Below, in pieces: positions 41,986-54,601 of a stretch of DNA of 64,000 nucleotides (position 1 is its first letter; each line of letters begins with the position of its first letter). The position numbers and the translations under genes are program-made. Where the stretch lies: the NCBI RefSeq assembly GCF_009914755.1, contig NC_060926.1; one strand, given 5' to 3'. The notes under the pieces were generated by a model that was not told where the DNA came from, did not search any database, and worked only from the letters and a program-made list of their open reading frames with translations. Source of the DNA: the human T2T-CHM13v2.0 reference genome, Homo sapiens.

Positions 41986-42512
41986 CTGGGCGTGCGCAGC
42001 GCGGCGGAGTCGCGGCGGTCCAGCACGCCGGGCACGCAGTTGGTGAGCTCGGTCCAGTCGGCGTGCAGCCCGCAGCTCCAGCCGGTGGAGAAGCGGGAGA
42101 AGAGCCAAGTCTCGCGGCGGTTGGGCCGGTAGCAGGTGCACTTCTTCTGGCCGGGCCGGCAGTCGCACGGCACCTCGAGGCGTACGTTCTGCACGAGGTG
42201 GCGGCCGAAGGTGGTGCCGCCCGTCTTCTGGATGTGCAGGAAGACGATCACGTCGTCGCCCTTCATGTCGAAGCGCAGCGAGCGCTCCAGCTCGCGGACC
42301 GGGAAGTAGTACTTCTTCTCGTAGTGGGGGTCGGGTGTGGGGAACAGGTCCAGGTCGTCGGGCGGCGCGCGGCCGCCGGGCGCGCCCAGGCTCAGTCCTG
42401 GGCCCGCGTACTGGTACAAGATGAGCATGAAGCACACCGAGCCCGCCACCACCAGCACGAACTTGCTGGCGCGCTCAACCATGGTCCTGCCGCCGGCGCG
42501 CCGCCGCCGCAT
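41986..42512 (-). CDS. HS6ST1: HS6ST1 coding exon 1 (heparan-sulfate 6-O-sulfotransferase 1, N-terminal 175 codons + 2 nt)
   Basis: Translation MRRRRAGGRTMVERASKFVLVVAGSVCFMLILYQY...VIVFLHIQKTGGTTFGRHL...WLFSRFSTGWSCGLHADWTEL...ALRTPR. It has a type II signal-anchor, the 5'-PSB PAPS-binding motif FLHIQKTGGT and the HS6ST-family Cys-rich block, and matches the human HS6ST1 N-terminus as I recall it. It ends at a canonical CAG|GTGAGC donor (exon end 41986, 527 nt, phase 2). Confidence 0.97.
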
Positions 42513-42522
42513 GTGTCACCAT
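42475..42522 (-). other. Overlapping upstream ORF 2 (MVTHAAAARRRQDHG*), out of frame with HS6ST1
   Basis: ATG at 42522 (GGCGATGG: G-3, G+4), 10 nt before the first HS6ST1 ATG. TGA at 42477-42475 lies past the second in-frame ATG (42482). Confidence 0.65.
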
Positions 42523-42615
42523 CGCCGGGGCCCGGGCGCGGGGCGCGGGGCCTGGGAGGGCAGGAGGCGCGGGCGCAGCTGCCTCCGCCGCCGCCCGCGC
42601 TCCGGCCCGGCCCGG

Positions 42616-42672
42616 CTACTCGGCGCCCAGGCCGCCCGCAGCGGCGCGGGCCCCGACCCTCCGCGGTGCCAT
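42616..42672 (-). other. Upstream ORF 1 (MAPRRVGARAAAGGLGAE*)
   Basis: ATG at 42672 in an optimal Kozak context (GCAGCCATGG), TAG at 42618-42616. It is a uORF only if the TSS lies upstream of 42672. Confidence 0.6.
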
Positions 42673-44584
42673 GGCTGCTCCCCGCCCGGCCCCGGCTCCC
42701 CGGGCCCGACGCCCGACTCCGCTCCCGCTCGGCCCCGCTCCCGGCCCCGGCCAGCACAGCGCTCTCCGCGCCCCCAGCACCAGCCCGCTCCGCTCCACTC
42801 CGCGCCGAGAACGCTCTGCGCCGCCCCGCGCGCCGCCGCGTCTCCGCAGTCCGCCGCCGCCGCCCCGCCCCGGTCCGCCCCTGGCCCGCCCCCGTGGCGT
42901 CTCTTGCCGTCGCCGCCCGCGCCGATCCTCGGCCCCGCCTCCGGAGTGCCGGGGTTCGCCGCGGGTGCTGGGCGCGGGACCTGGGTCTGCTGCGGTGGCG
43001 AGGCCGCTAGCAGGCGGGCAGCCAGCGACTGGGAAGTGATTCCGCCCTCAGGGGAGTGGGGGACCAACCGGCAGTGCGGAGCCGAGGCGTGGGAGGCTCT
43101 CCTGGCGGGGGCCGCGGTGAGGGGGCGCGGCGGCTGGCGCTTCTGGAGCCTGGGTCCGTACCCCCTCCTCCCCAAGTCCCAGCCGCCCACGTCCCCGCAG
43201 CCCGCGCGGGAGGAAAGGCCTTGACCTTGCACGCTGGGGCGCTGAAGTTAGACGCTAGCCTACTGGGCTGCACTTCCAGGGACCAGGGCGGCGGGGGCCG
43301 CCCACCACCAGGACCGAGAGGGAAAGCGAGGCTTTCCTTTCCTGCTCGACCCCCTCACCCCTGCGGCTGGCTTTGGGACAGTGCCCCGCAGCCCCGCATT
43401 GAAGAGATGTTGGGCTGTCTGCAGAGGCCTGCGGAGCGGCTTTATGGCTTCCTCCTTGTTTGAAAAGAATATCAGACGAGGTGCATTTTCCCCCATCCAT
43501 GTTTATTATACTCCAATGAAAGAGTTATAAAACATTGAGCCAATTCTTAAGAATCGTGAGTGCCCACCAAATATTCTGTCTTTCGTGGGTTGGTTGGAGA
43601 GTCCAGCGGCCCGGGCCCAACCTGGCTGCGGAGGGCTCGCTCCACGTTGGCTCGTGTGTGGGCCGGGTGGTGCGGGCTCCTCACTCGCCGCCGCCCAGCC
43701 TGGCAAGCACGCGCGGCATTCGTGGGGCGGGGGGTCCCGCCAGGTGCCCACTCACACTGCTTGGGCTCTGGCAGTACTCGGAGGCTGCAGCCCGTCGGAA
43801 GCGCAGGAGTGGGGCTGGGACCTGCCAGGATCTCACAGCTGCAGGGCCGGCCGCGGTGGGCCCTAGTGTGTTGGTTCAGGCCAGCGAGGGCTCTGGGAGC
43901 GAGTCTGGCTGCCAGGCGTGGGCTCCCAGTGTCCACGTCAAGCCCTGCCGGGGACGGGGTGGGGGGGGAGGCGGGGTGGTGCCCTGCCTTCCGTTCTGTT
44001 AGGGACCGGAAGCGATCATGGGGTGTCAATTATGCCTCAGTAAAGCTGTTAAACGTAGACAACATCACACCAGAAAGCCCTCCTGGAAGCAAACCCAGAG
44101 AGCTGGAAAAACCAACACCCCAAACCCAGCTGAGCGGGCGGCATGCATTTTCCAAAGGGACCGCAAGAATATCCGCTGTGGACAGGCGGGTGCAGAACCC
44201 TCAACACAGCCCAGCGCACCCTGGAGTCCATGGTGTGGGGTCCTCAGTGGGACCTAGGGCCCCAAAGCCCCTGCTCATCTTGTAGGCTGCTTTAAAACTG
44301 TCCCTGGCCCGAGGGTCCTGGGGGCAGCTTGGACAAGCTTCTCCAGAAGTGACTCATTCCTATAGGAGTGGGGGTGCAGTCCCCATGGGACACAGGTGGG
44401 GCCGCCCTGCAGTGTGCTTGGACCTGCCTGCAGCCCCTTGACGCAGTCTGTGCCTGAGCCCTGGGGAGCCTTCCTGTGTGGCCTAGGGGAGCACAGCTGC
44501 CCCGGGTCCACCCCCCAGATGTCCTTACCCAGATAAGGATCCTCGTGCTACATCATAATTAAGGCTGCTCTTTTGGAGACCTGC

Positions 44585-44765
44585 TGGGTGCCAGGCATTG
44601 TAGAGGTGTCATTTCCAATTCCATCAGCAAATCTGCGGGGGTAGGCTGTGATATCCATTTACAGAAGAGAAAACTGAGGTTCAAAGGGGTTAAGACCCTG
44701 GTTCCAAGGTCAACCACTCTCACCCCATGAGAGTCAGCAGAGCTGGGATCCTGATTCCTGCTGTG
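44585..44765 (-). mobile_element. MIR SINE
   Basis: ccatttacagaagagaaaactgaggttcaaaggggttaag...ccaaggtca...gcagagctgggat. Confidence 0.75.
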
Positions 44766-45779
44766 AGCCCCAGAACCCTCCCCTTCCCCACCTCTGCACT
44801 TGCCCCAGCTCCCTAGGCCAGGGATGAGAGCGTCTACAGGGGCCACTCCTGAGAGCCTGGTGACCGTCACTGCCACCAAGGGGGAACGTGGGCCCAGAGT
44901 GTTCAAGGGAAAGCTGGAGCAGCTCCGAAGGCCAACGAAGCCATCGGTACTTGGGCCATGGCTCCACCCTGTGATGATCTCACTGTCCCAAGGGGGAAAC
45001 TGAGGCCCAGGCAGGGACGAAGTGCCTGTGATAAGGTCCCACCCTTGAATGGGAGCCAGAGCAGCCTGACCCATGGAGCAACATCTCCCAGAACAAGCTA
45101 TTTAATCCAACTTCATACCTGCCACACTGGCTGATGGGAAGCACTCACATTAGCCAGGAAGCCCTTTCTTTCTAGAATTCTTTTAAGAGGAGGGAAATCT
45201 GCCTGGCTGGCTACAGGACTTTGCTCAGTCTTCCACTTTGATTGAAGCCCTGCACAGGCACCTGAGACCCTAAGGCTGTAGGTGAGTTTCTGGGCTCTGA
45301 AAGTCAAGTCAGATGAGCCACCCATCAATCAGTGGACACTTGAGCCGAGTGGAAGGCAGCTCGAGCCCTCGTTGGCGGGGCAGCTTGCATCACGCTACTC
45401 CCCACCACTTCCCGCTACTCCCCGCGATGAGTCCTCAGTGTCATGTCTTGGAAAATGGATAGAAACGCACAGTCTGGGGCTGGCGTGGGGTTCCAGGAGG
45501 TCAGCGGACACAGCCAGGGTCTCAGGAGGCGCGCTCTGCGCGCTGTTTCCTTTCTTCCCTGGGTGATCTCCTGCGTGGCCAAGGTTTGCCCCAGCCCCGA
45601 GAGTGCATATGAGCTAAGTGTTTGCTAGGGGCAGCTTCTGGCCCTGACTGCTTGTGGGGTCCAAGGAAAAGCACTGGCAGCTCTTCTGCTCAGTGGCTTT
45701 GTCCCCTGAAGATCCACTTCACCAATTCTTTAATGCGTGATCTCTGACTTAATGGCAAAGAAAAGTAAAAGAACACGGC

Positions 45780-46900
45780 TTAGTGGCAGGCTGTGATGAT
45801 CCCAGAAGAGGCATTAACATTCGGCTTCAGGAATGAAGCCTCATTCCCGGCCCACCGTGCGGTCTCAGAGTCTGAGAACCACGAGATCAACAGCGGCGCC
45901 CCCTCCCGGCGCACAGTCCCGCGGACGGCCGCGCGGGGGCAGCACGCGGCCCGGCCCCCGAGCGCCCGCGGTTGACTTTGCAAAAAATTGGGGGATTTTC
46001 CACACTCGCTTCCCTCGTCGTTCGTCCGGCGGCCGCCCATTGTTGTTTGCCAAGGGGTGGAGGAGGGCAGTCGTGTCTGTCCTCAGAGCCTCCCGTGGGG
46101 CTGGCCCCGCTGCCCACGCGGGGCAGAGAGAGGGGTTTCGTTTGGGGACAAACTTTTAGAGGGGACTCCGGCTCGCGCGGACCCGCGGGGCCCGGCCCCG
46201 GCCCCGACCCCGACCCGGCGGCAGGCTTGGGGCGCCGGGCTGCGCGCCGTGGACGCCACCTTCTCCGAGGTCGCCAGGCCCCGTCCGCAGCCGCCTCCTC
46301 CAGGGAGCCCGCGGCCCCTTTGCCGCCCAGCGGCCCCGTGCCGGGCTCCTCCCCCAGCACCGCGGGGCGCCTGGGCTCCCAGGCAGCCCGCAGACGCGGC
46401 AGGTCTTCCCAGGACCCGAGGGACGCGCTCCGGCCGCTGCCCGGGGACAGCAGGGGTCCTGCGGTTCGGTTCGAGGACCGCGCTGGAAGAGGCCCGGGGC
46501 TTCGGAAGGGCCATTCCCCTCCCTCCACGCCCGCCCAGGGCCTCGCTGTTCTTTGTGCCCTTTCTCTAGGCCCTCCAGGCCCGCTTCAGTCCTTAGGGGA
46601 AGAGGGTAGGATAAACAGAAGAGGAGAACCTGAGCAATTCGTAGGGGCAGCGTGGTCCTGGGCTTCCCCGGCCCTTGCCCGCCCCCCCCGCCCTGCTGGC
46701 TCGGTGACCTCCCCCTGGCTGGCCCCCTGCCCTCGCGTGTGACGTGGGGTTGTTGGCAAGTGGGGGGCTTGGACTGCTGCCTGGCCGGGATTCGGAGTCT
46801 GTCCAGTGGAGCCCACCCTCCTCCCCGGGCAGCGGGACTGTGGGCAGGCCTGGCGGGTTCTGCCAGCTTGGGAGGCAGGACAGGGACCTGGTAACGTTGC
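45780..46900. promoter_or_regulatory. Second CpG island upstream of HS6ST1
   Basis: Dense CpG/GC block separated from the promoter island by about 1.8 kb of CpG-poor, MIR-containing DNA. Contains a kB-type site GGGATTTTCC at 45992-46001. Confidence 0.8.
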
Positions 46901-48249
46901 CCCAAGGGCATCGTCCTGGTTCTTCTGCTTGAAACTTCCCAAGGGACATGTCTTTAGACGACTAGGGTGGAGGCGGGATCACAGCCTGGATGGGGTGGGG
47001 GGTGACTGCTCGCAGCTTCCGGTGGCCAGTGGGTCTCCTCCCAGATGGCTGTCATTCACTGCCCAGAGGGGTTCCGACTCGGCCGGGTCGGGGGAGCCAC
47101 CAGAGAGGGCACTGAGCAGCTTGACAAGCTCCACTGTTGGGGATGTTCCCTGGGGGTGGGGTGGGGTGGATGGCGGCTCTTTTGAGGGTGAAATGTTCTA
47201 GTCCGAGAAAAGTCACTCAACCATGGGGTGCTTGCTGCTCCCACCCCAGCTGCCTAAGCCACCAGGGGCCGGGGCACAGGTGGAAGAAGGTGGCCTCAGT
47301 CCTGGGCCCTGATGCCTAGAAGGGCATGGTCAGTGCCCTCCAGGCAGCCTTGCCTGATCGTTGGGGCTCGGGACCAGCTCCCACTCTGCTCCACTCTCTG
47401 CTGGCTGGACTGGCCACCCCTCTGTCTGTGGAATTCACTTGGTGCCAGTGCCCTTCCTGGAGGATGATGGCCGGCCCCCATGCTCCTCGTCACCAGGTCC
47501 TGCTCTTTTTACCTCCATTCATCGCCACTGCTATTAAAGAGTCGCCCTCTTGCTAGATTACAGTTGGCTTGACAAGTCAGTTGACTGTTCTGATGGAAGC
47601 TTCTTCTTGGGCAGGGCCCCAGGGCCTTGGTGGGACCCGGGCCCTGGGTGGGGGCACAGAGGTGGGACACAATGATGGCTTTATGGAGCAGGCCCTGCCC
47701 GCCCCTGTGGCACTGTGGGGAGGGGGCTCACCTGTCCCTAGGCCAGGGCTCAGCACGGCAGCGGTAAACCTGGCTGGCCTTGACACTTCCTGGAATCTCT
47801 CAGTGACCACGTTTCTTTTTGCACCAAATAGCTATGGTTCTTGCTGTTCGTTTCTCTCCCTGCCCTCCTTTAAGAAGGAGAGTTCGTGGGAATTAGACAC
47901 TCAGGGTTGGGGGAGGGTAACCTTGGCTCCTGGTGGGAGGAGTCTGCGTCCTTCTCTGGGCCCAGGGCCTATGGGGCAGCAACAGCATCTCCTCTATTCT
48001 CAGAGCATCCAGGGACAGGGTCACACCATGGGTGTGTGGTACACCAGGTCGTCCACCTGGCTGAAGGCCTGGGCTGGTGACAAGTGCTGTGGTGCTGTTC
48101 AGGCCAGCAGAAAAGAGGGAGGCACATTTCTGTCAGCAGACGGGATGGGGTATGGCTCACACCTGCTGGGCTGGAGGCTGTGCTCCACCCAGGGCCTCAG
48201 GCTGTGTCTTTGACAACAATAATCACCCTATGGGCAAGGTCTGCGTGCT

Positions 48250-48400
48250 GAGCCCTTGTCAGTCACATCTCTTATAATCCAACAGCAGCTCTGTGGGCCT
48301 CTCCTTACAGATGGGGAGGCTGAGCCCCAGGGACATGAGGCCACTTGCCAAGGTCACAGAGCCAGTGGGTGCTCAGCTGAGGCCGCGAGGCTGGGAGAGG
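48250..48400 (-). mobile_element. MIR fragment
   Basis: ccttacagatggggaggctgagccccaggg...cttgccaaggtcacagagccagt. Confidence 0.65.
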
Positions 48401-48689
48401 CACCCCTCAGGTAAGGGGGCTGGAGAAGGGAGTCCACACCAATGCCACCCACGTCTATACCGTCGTGACTGCCATGCAGTCTTGACCAGCCTTGGGCCGG
48501 GTGAGGGCCTCCTGGTACGTGTTTTGCCCTTGACTTTGGCTTTTGGGTGACTGGGGTTGGGACACTCCTCCTACCCTCAGGCTGGTCCCTGGAGGGACCA
48601 CCTGGGCTGGGGGCCAAGGAGGAAGGTCTCAGCCTCAGTTGTAGGAAAACAAAGTTAAACATTATCATTAGGAGTAAAGGTGCTATGTT

Positions 48690-48860
48690 CACACCCCAGC
48701 TCTGTCTAACCAGCTGTGTGGCCTTCACCAAGTTACTTAACCTCTCTGAGCCTTGGTTTCCTCATCTGTAAAGTGAGGATAATAATGGGACCTACTTCAT
48801 AGGGTCATGGTAAGCAATAAGCAAGCAAACGCTTATTCCACAGCCCTGTCTACGCCAAGG
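48690..48860 (+). mobile_element. MIR SINE
   Basis: cccagctctg...agctgtgtggcctt...caagttacttaacctctctgagccttggtttcctcatctgtaaagtgaggataataat. Confidence 0.85.
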
Positions 48861-48919
48861 GCTAGGTATTCCTACTGTCGATTTGTGGGAAGCACCCTAT
48901 CAGCATCCGCATATTCAAA

Positions 48920-49110
48920 ACCAGCTACTCGGCTTCTCCTGTGTGCCAGGCCCTCCTGTGCGCTGGCCTCCTCTGTGCATGATTGTATTCAGTGCTCTCG
49001 GCTGCCCTATGGGCATAATTCCCTCATTTCTCAGGTCAGGGAGCTGAGGCTGAGCAGAGGATAGTGACTTGGCCAAGGGGACAGTGTCCCCTCCCTGGTG
49101 AGAGCCTTGG
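48920..49110 (-). mobile_element. MIR fragment
   Basis: ctcctgtgtgccagg...cctcatttctcaggtcagggagctgaggctgagcagaggatagtgacttggccaagg. Confidence 0.6.
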
Positions 49111-50781
49111 TTGAGGGTCCTCTCCACCTTCCCATTTCCCGACTCCCAGCCCTTGGAGAAACCCAAGTCCTGGGCTCCTGGGCAGAGCCTAGCCCCCAGC
49201 CCCCAGCCCGGCCTGGACCACGTCCTCCTGCCGGGTGGGGTTGTAAGGTGCCCTGCTGCTGGGCTGTTCCTCCTGTCCTAGGGTCTTGACGCGCTTACCT
49301 TCCTCTTCCATCTTTCCACGCCCTCCTTTGACTCTATCTCTGGTGCCATTTCCAGGGTTTGTAGCTGAGCTTAGAAGAGGGGAGCTGGAGAAATGGGTCT
49401 ATACCTCCTTGTCCAGACCAGAACTCAATCATAGCTTTTTCTTTTTATCTGCTCCCATCTTCTTGAGAGCCCATCCCACTGTGTGGCAGAGAAAACCTGT
49501 ATTACTTCCATCCTGTAATCCCAGTCTGATCCAATAATTGTTAGGCTCTATTTGATTTCTTGACTTTTGTTTACGAAGAGTTTAAATTCACACAGAAGTA
49601 GAGAGGGTAGCACAGTGAGCCAATTCCTGCCCTTACCCGGAGTCTCCGGCTTCCACGGCTGGCAGCACGTGCCTGTCCCTGCTGCAGCCTGCCCTCTCCA
49701 GCGGAGCACCAAAAGCCAACCCAGGACAACACAGGCTTTCCCTGCTAGTGCTGCCCTCTGCTTTCTAGCTTCAGGTCACCCTCGGGCCCTGTCTCAAGGC
49801 TGCTTGGTCCCTACTCACACACCCCAAGAGAATGTGTGGTCTTCCGAGATCTGAATTCTTTGGGAGTCCCAGAGGGCCCCAAAGCAAGAGCAAAGGGCGA
49901 GGTTCATAGGCAGCGGCTGGCCCCGGTGTGAGCTGGCCACTGTCCAGCTAGGGAGGCTGATGGAGCCTGCTTGGCGTGCCATGGGCACAGGCACCAGGCC
50001 TGCAGCTGGCAGGACTCTGGGCCTTACCACAACCCCCAGACCTGGCTGTCATGGGAAAAGCCCAGCCCCGGTGGGCCATGGGGGGGCCAGCCTGCCCCTG
50101 CCCATACCTCAGTCAAGCTCTGCATCCCCATTTGAGGCATAAGAAGCCTCTGGGCTCTATTTCTGCCACAGAGAAACCCAGGAAGGACAAACTCAGCCCC
50201 TCTGCTCCACCGTGTCTATCCTGCTGGGCCTGCCCTGCAGAGCAGCCTATACCCAGAGGCTCCTAAGGGCAGACAGAGCCCCTCACAGACACCTCTGTAT
50301 TCCAGGACATCTACTCCTATCTTGAAATATTAAGAGATAAAAGATTTACAAAATCCTCATCTCAACAAAGTCTGCCTTTCAAGCCCGTGGGCCAGGTGCA
50401 AACTCAGAAAGCCTGGTTTTGGAATTCTAAAGCCGAGTTTTCATTCTTGAGAGTCCAGGCCGCCTGAGGCAAAAAGATGCCTCCTGCAGAAGAGGGAGGT
50501 GGCAGGACCAGGAGATGCAAATGAGATGGGTGTATTCACATATTTCAAACAATGTGATCAAGTTGTACAGAACTGAACACACACACACCAATGAGAGCAG
50601 GCAGAACTGGGGAAATCTGAACAAGGTTGCTGCTGTCCCCGTGTTATAGCCTGCTTGAAATACTGTGCTGTATTTCCACAGGATGTTAGCCACTTGCCAC
50701 TGGGGGAGACTGGTGAAGGAACTCAACTGCGTGCAAACCCACAGTTATAATAAAAAGTTTAACGTGAAGAAAAGCACATCT

Positions 50782-51084
<303 letters not shown>

Positions 51085-51919
51085 AGAAAAGTACATCTGC
51101 GTCTGGAGGGAGTGGGCATCACGGTGCCAGTCTCCTGGCCCTGTGAGGCCCTACAGGGTGCACCGTGTGGGCCCTGCCCACCTGCCGTCTGATCAGTACT
51201 CATCAAAGGTGGGTATGAATGATGGAAGAGCAGTCCTGTCCAGGCACCTGCTCTGTTCGCCCGAGACTCCCTGTGACTGCAGCCCAGTGCTGGCCTGCGC
51301 CTCCCAGCCTTGGCCTGTGGGGCCTGGTCTGGCTTGCTGCCCTGGCTGGGACTGCCAATGAGAGGGGCAGTCCTGCTCCCAGGTTCAGGCAAGTGGCACA
51401 GGCCCAGTCCAAGCACCCTCCGACCATCCTCCGCCATCTCTAGCCCTCTGGTTTTTGTGCCCCTTTTACCAGGATTTTACTTCCCCAGCAGGGCTAGGCC
51501 CTGGGCAAAGAGAATCAGATGGATAACTTTGAAATGCTGGCTCCAGGGCCAGCCAGAGTCTGTAGGGGGCCTCTTGTAGGGGGCCTGGGCACCAAGTTTG
51601 AAATGCTTGTGAGTGATTGTGACATGGAGCTAGGGCTGAGAACACCCATTCCACCTGCCCACCTGTCCCTGGAACAGGGGTGGTGGCTTGGGCCTGGCTC
51701 TATGCTGGGCTGGAATCTGTAGGAGCTAGTGGGCAAGCCTCCTTCCAGGAGCTAGGCTCAGGGGAGGAGAGTGGCCGTTTTATTCCTGCCCTGCAGCCAC
51801 GTCACCCGCCCCCTTCAGATGCACCCATTTCCCACTGTAGCACCTGGGCCTGGGCTGGGGCAGAGTGGAATAGCAAGCTGAAGCGTATTCAGTTTCTGAA
51901 ATTTTTAACAGGTGGATTT

Positions 51920-52585
51920 TTTTTTTGTAATTATCAACTCTGGAAAACATTTAAACTGTAGGGAAGTAGAAAACTGTTGTAAGGAAAAAATGCCATTCAT
52001 CTATACTTTAATTATTTAGAATGAACTCCTAAAGATGTTTTTATTTCTTTCTGGTCTTTTTTCTTTTGCATGTTCATGTAGCAGTTGAGAGCACACCACA
52101 TGCATGGTGTTGAATCTTGCTTTATTTCGCTTAATATTTTATCCCAAGCATTTTCGTAAATTGCTAAGAATAACTTCATAAACATAATATTTGACTACTC
52201 AATATTTCCAATTTTGGACATACCATAATTTACTTCACTGTTTCCTTAGTGTTGGGCCTTTACACTTCTTTGGTATTTCACTTTTTTGTTTCTGATTGTT
52301 CATTTTTTTCTCATTTAAAAGAATGCTGTAAGGAACACTCTTATGCACAAATTGTTGTCTGCATTTCAGGCTTTTTTGGATACTTTATTAAAGGAGCATT
52401 TGCTGGACCAAATGGGGGCTGGGGGGAGGAATCATTTGAAGAGCCTTAATTCTTAATGCCAAGCTCCTTTCCAGGATGGTTCAAGTTTGGCCTCCCATAA
52501 GCAGTAAATGGCAGTGCCGCCTCACCCCCTTACAGCAGAGAATATTGTCATTTCTTAAAATCTTTCTGAATTTGAAAAGAGCAAA
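51920..52585 (-). mobile_element. Old L1 (L1ME-like) 3' fragment
   Basis: T-rich antisense L1 3' features (ttggacataccataatttacttcac; gaatgctgtaaggaacactcttatgcac; ctcccataagcagt). Confidence 0.6.
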
Positions 52586-52587
52586 AA

Positions 52588-52889
52588 ATTTATTTATTTA
52601 TTTATTTTGAAATGCAGTCTTGCTCTGTCGCCCTGGCTAGAGTGCAGTGGTGCCATCTTGGCTCGCTGCAACCTCTGCCTCCTGGGTTCAAGCAATTCTC
52701 TGCCTCAGCCTCCCAAGTAGCTGGGATTATAAGGCACCCGCCACCATGCCCTGCTAATTTTTTGTATTTTTAGTAGAGATGGGGTTTCGCCATCTTGGCC
52801 AGGCTGGTCTTGAACTCCCAACCTTGTGATCCACCCGCCTCATCCTCCCAAAGTGCTGGGATTACAGACATGAGCCACCGTGCCCAGCC
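52588..52889 (-). mobile_element. Alu (AluS-type)
   Basis: (TTTA)n tail plus full dimer ending gagccaccgtgcccagcc. Confidence 0.93.
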
Positions 52890-53185
52890 AAATTTAAAAA
52901 TGTTTAAAAGAGTTTTCTGTTGTAGAATTAATTTTCTCAGAATCCTAATCATGGCATTTGCAGTTACTAATGTTTGTGCCAGAATAAAGGGATTCTAGAA
53001 CATGAGGCTTATAATAAGCTGTTTCTCCCTCTGCCCCACCATGGGGTCTACAAAAAGAGAAACAGCAAGAAGTGGTGGATTCTACTTCTAACTCTTTTTT
53101 ATAACTAAAAAAAAAAAAAAATTATCAACTAACTCATGTTCACTAATGACCATAAGATTAGGAGATTATGCCCATGCAGCTCAAT

Positions 53186-53481
53186 CTTTCTTTCTTTCTT
53201 TCTTTCTTTTTTCTGTGATGGAGTCTTGCTCTGTCACCCAGGCTGGAATCTCGGCTCACTGCAACCTCCACCTTCTGGGTTCAAGCAGTTCTTCTGCCTC
53301 AGCCTTCCAAGTAGCTGGGATTACAAGCACATGCCACCACGTCTGGCTAAGTTTTGTATTTTTAGTAGAGACGGGGTTTCACCATGTTGGCCAGGATGGT
53401 CTCCAGCTCTTGACCTCGTGATCTGCCCGCCTCGGCCTCCCAAAGTGCTGGGATTACAGGCGTGAGCCACCGTGCCCAGCC
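53186..53481 (-). mobile_element. Alu (AluSc-like) with (CTTT)n tail
   Basis: ggccaggatggtctc...gacctcgtgatctgcccgcc; short deletion after caggctgga. Confidence 0.92.
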
Positions 53482-53799
53482 CATTGATCTTAATGGCTAT
53501 ATAGAATTCTGTTTCATGACTTATACCACAATTTAAATAGTCACAGATGTTGAACATTTAGGTTGTTTCCAATTGTAAATTCCTGCTATAATGGACATTC
53601 TTGTATGTACATCTTTGTGCACTGGTTATTGCATCAGAATACATTCAGGAAATTTGAAATTTGGAGTCAAAGAATGTGTGTGGTTTAAAGCTTCTTGTAA
53701 ATAGTGTTGAGTTGTCCTTCAAAAGGGGTTGCCAGTGAATATTTCCACCAGCAGTCTATGATAGTCCTCGTTTCCAGGAATAACATAGCTCTGACTCCA

Positions 53800-54601
<802 letters not shown>

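Larger units (their letters stand above)
41570..43980. promoter_or_regulatory. CpG island / HS6ST1 promoter and 5' leader
   Basis: Very high GC and CpG density spanning exon 1. GC boxes CCCCGCCC at about 42863-42870 and CCCCGCCT at about 42933-42940. No TATA box seen. The TSS cannot be fixed from sequence alone. Confidence 0.9.

Noticed and set aside
41982-42512. Processed pseudogene or single-exon short gene
   Set aside because: The ORF ends at a canonical splice donor, sits in an intact CpG island and has no disabling changes, polyA tail or TSD. It is the genuine first exon.
41769-43010. 413-aa plus-strand ORF antisense to HS6ST1 exon 1, and other long ORFs in both CpG islands
   Set aside because: Low-complexity Ala/Arg/Pro/Gly content with no recognisable domain. 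Stop codons are naturally rare in very GC-rich DNA and opposite a GC3-rich CDS.
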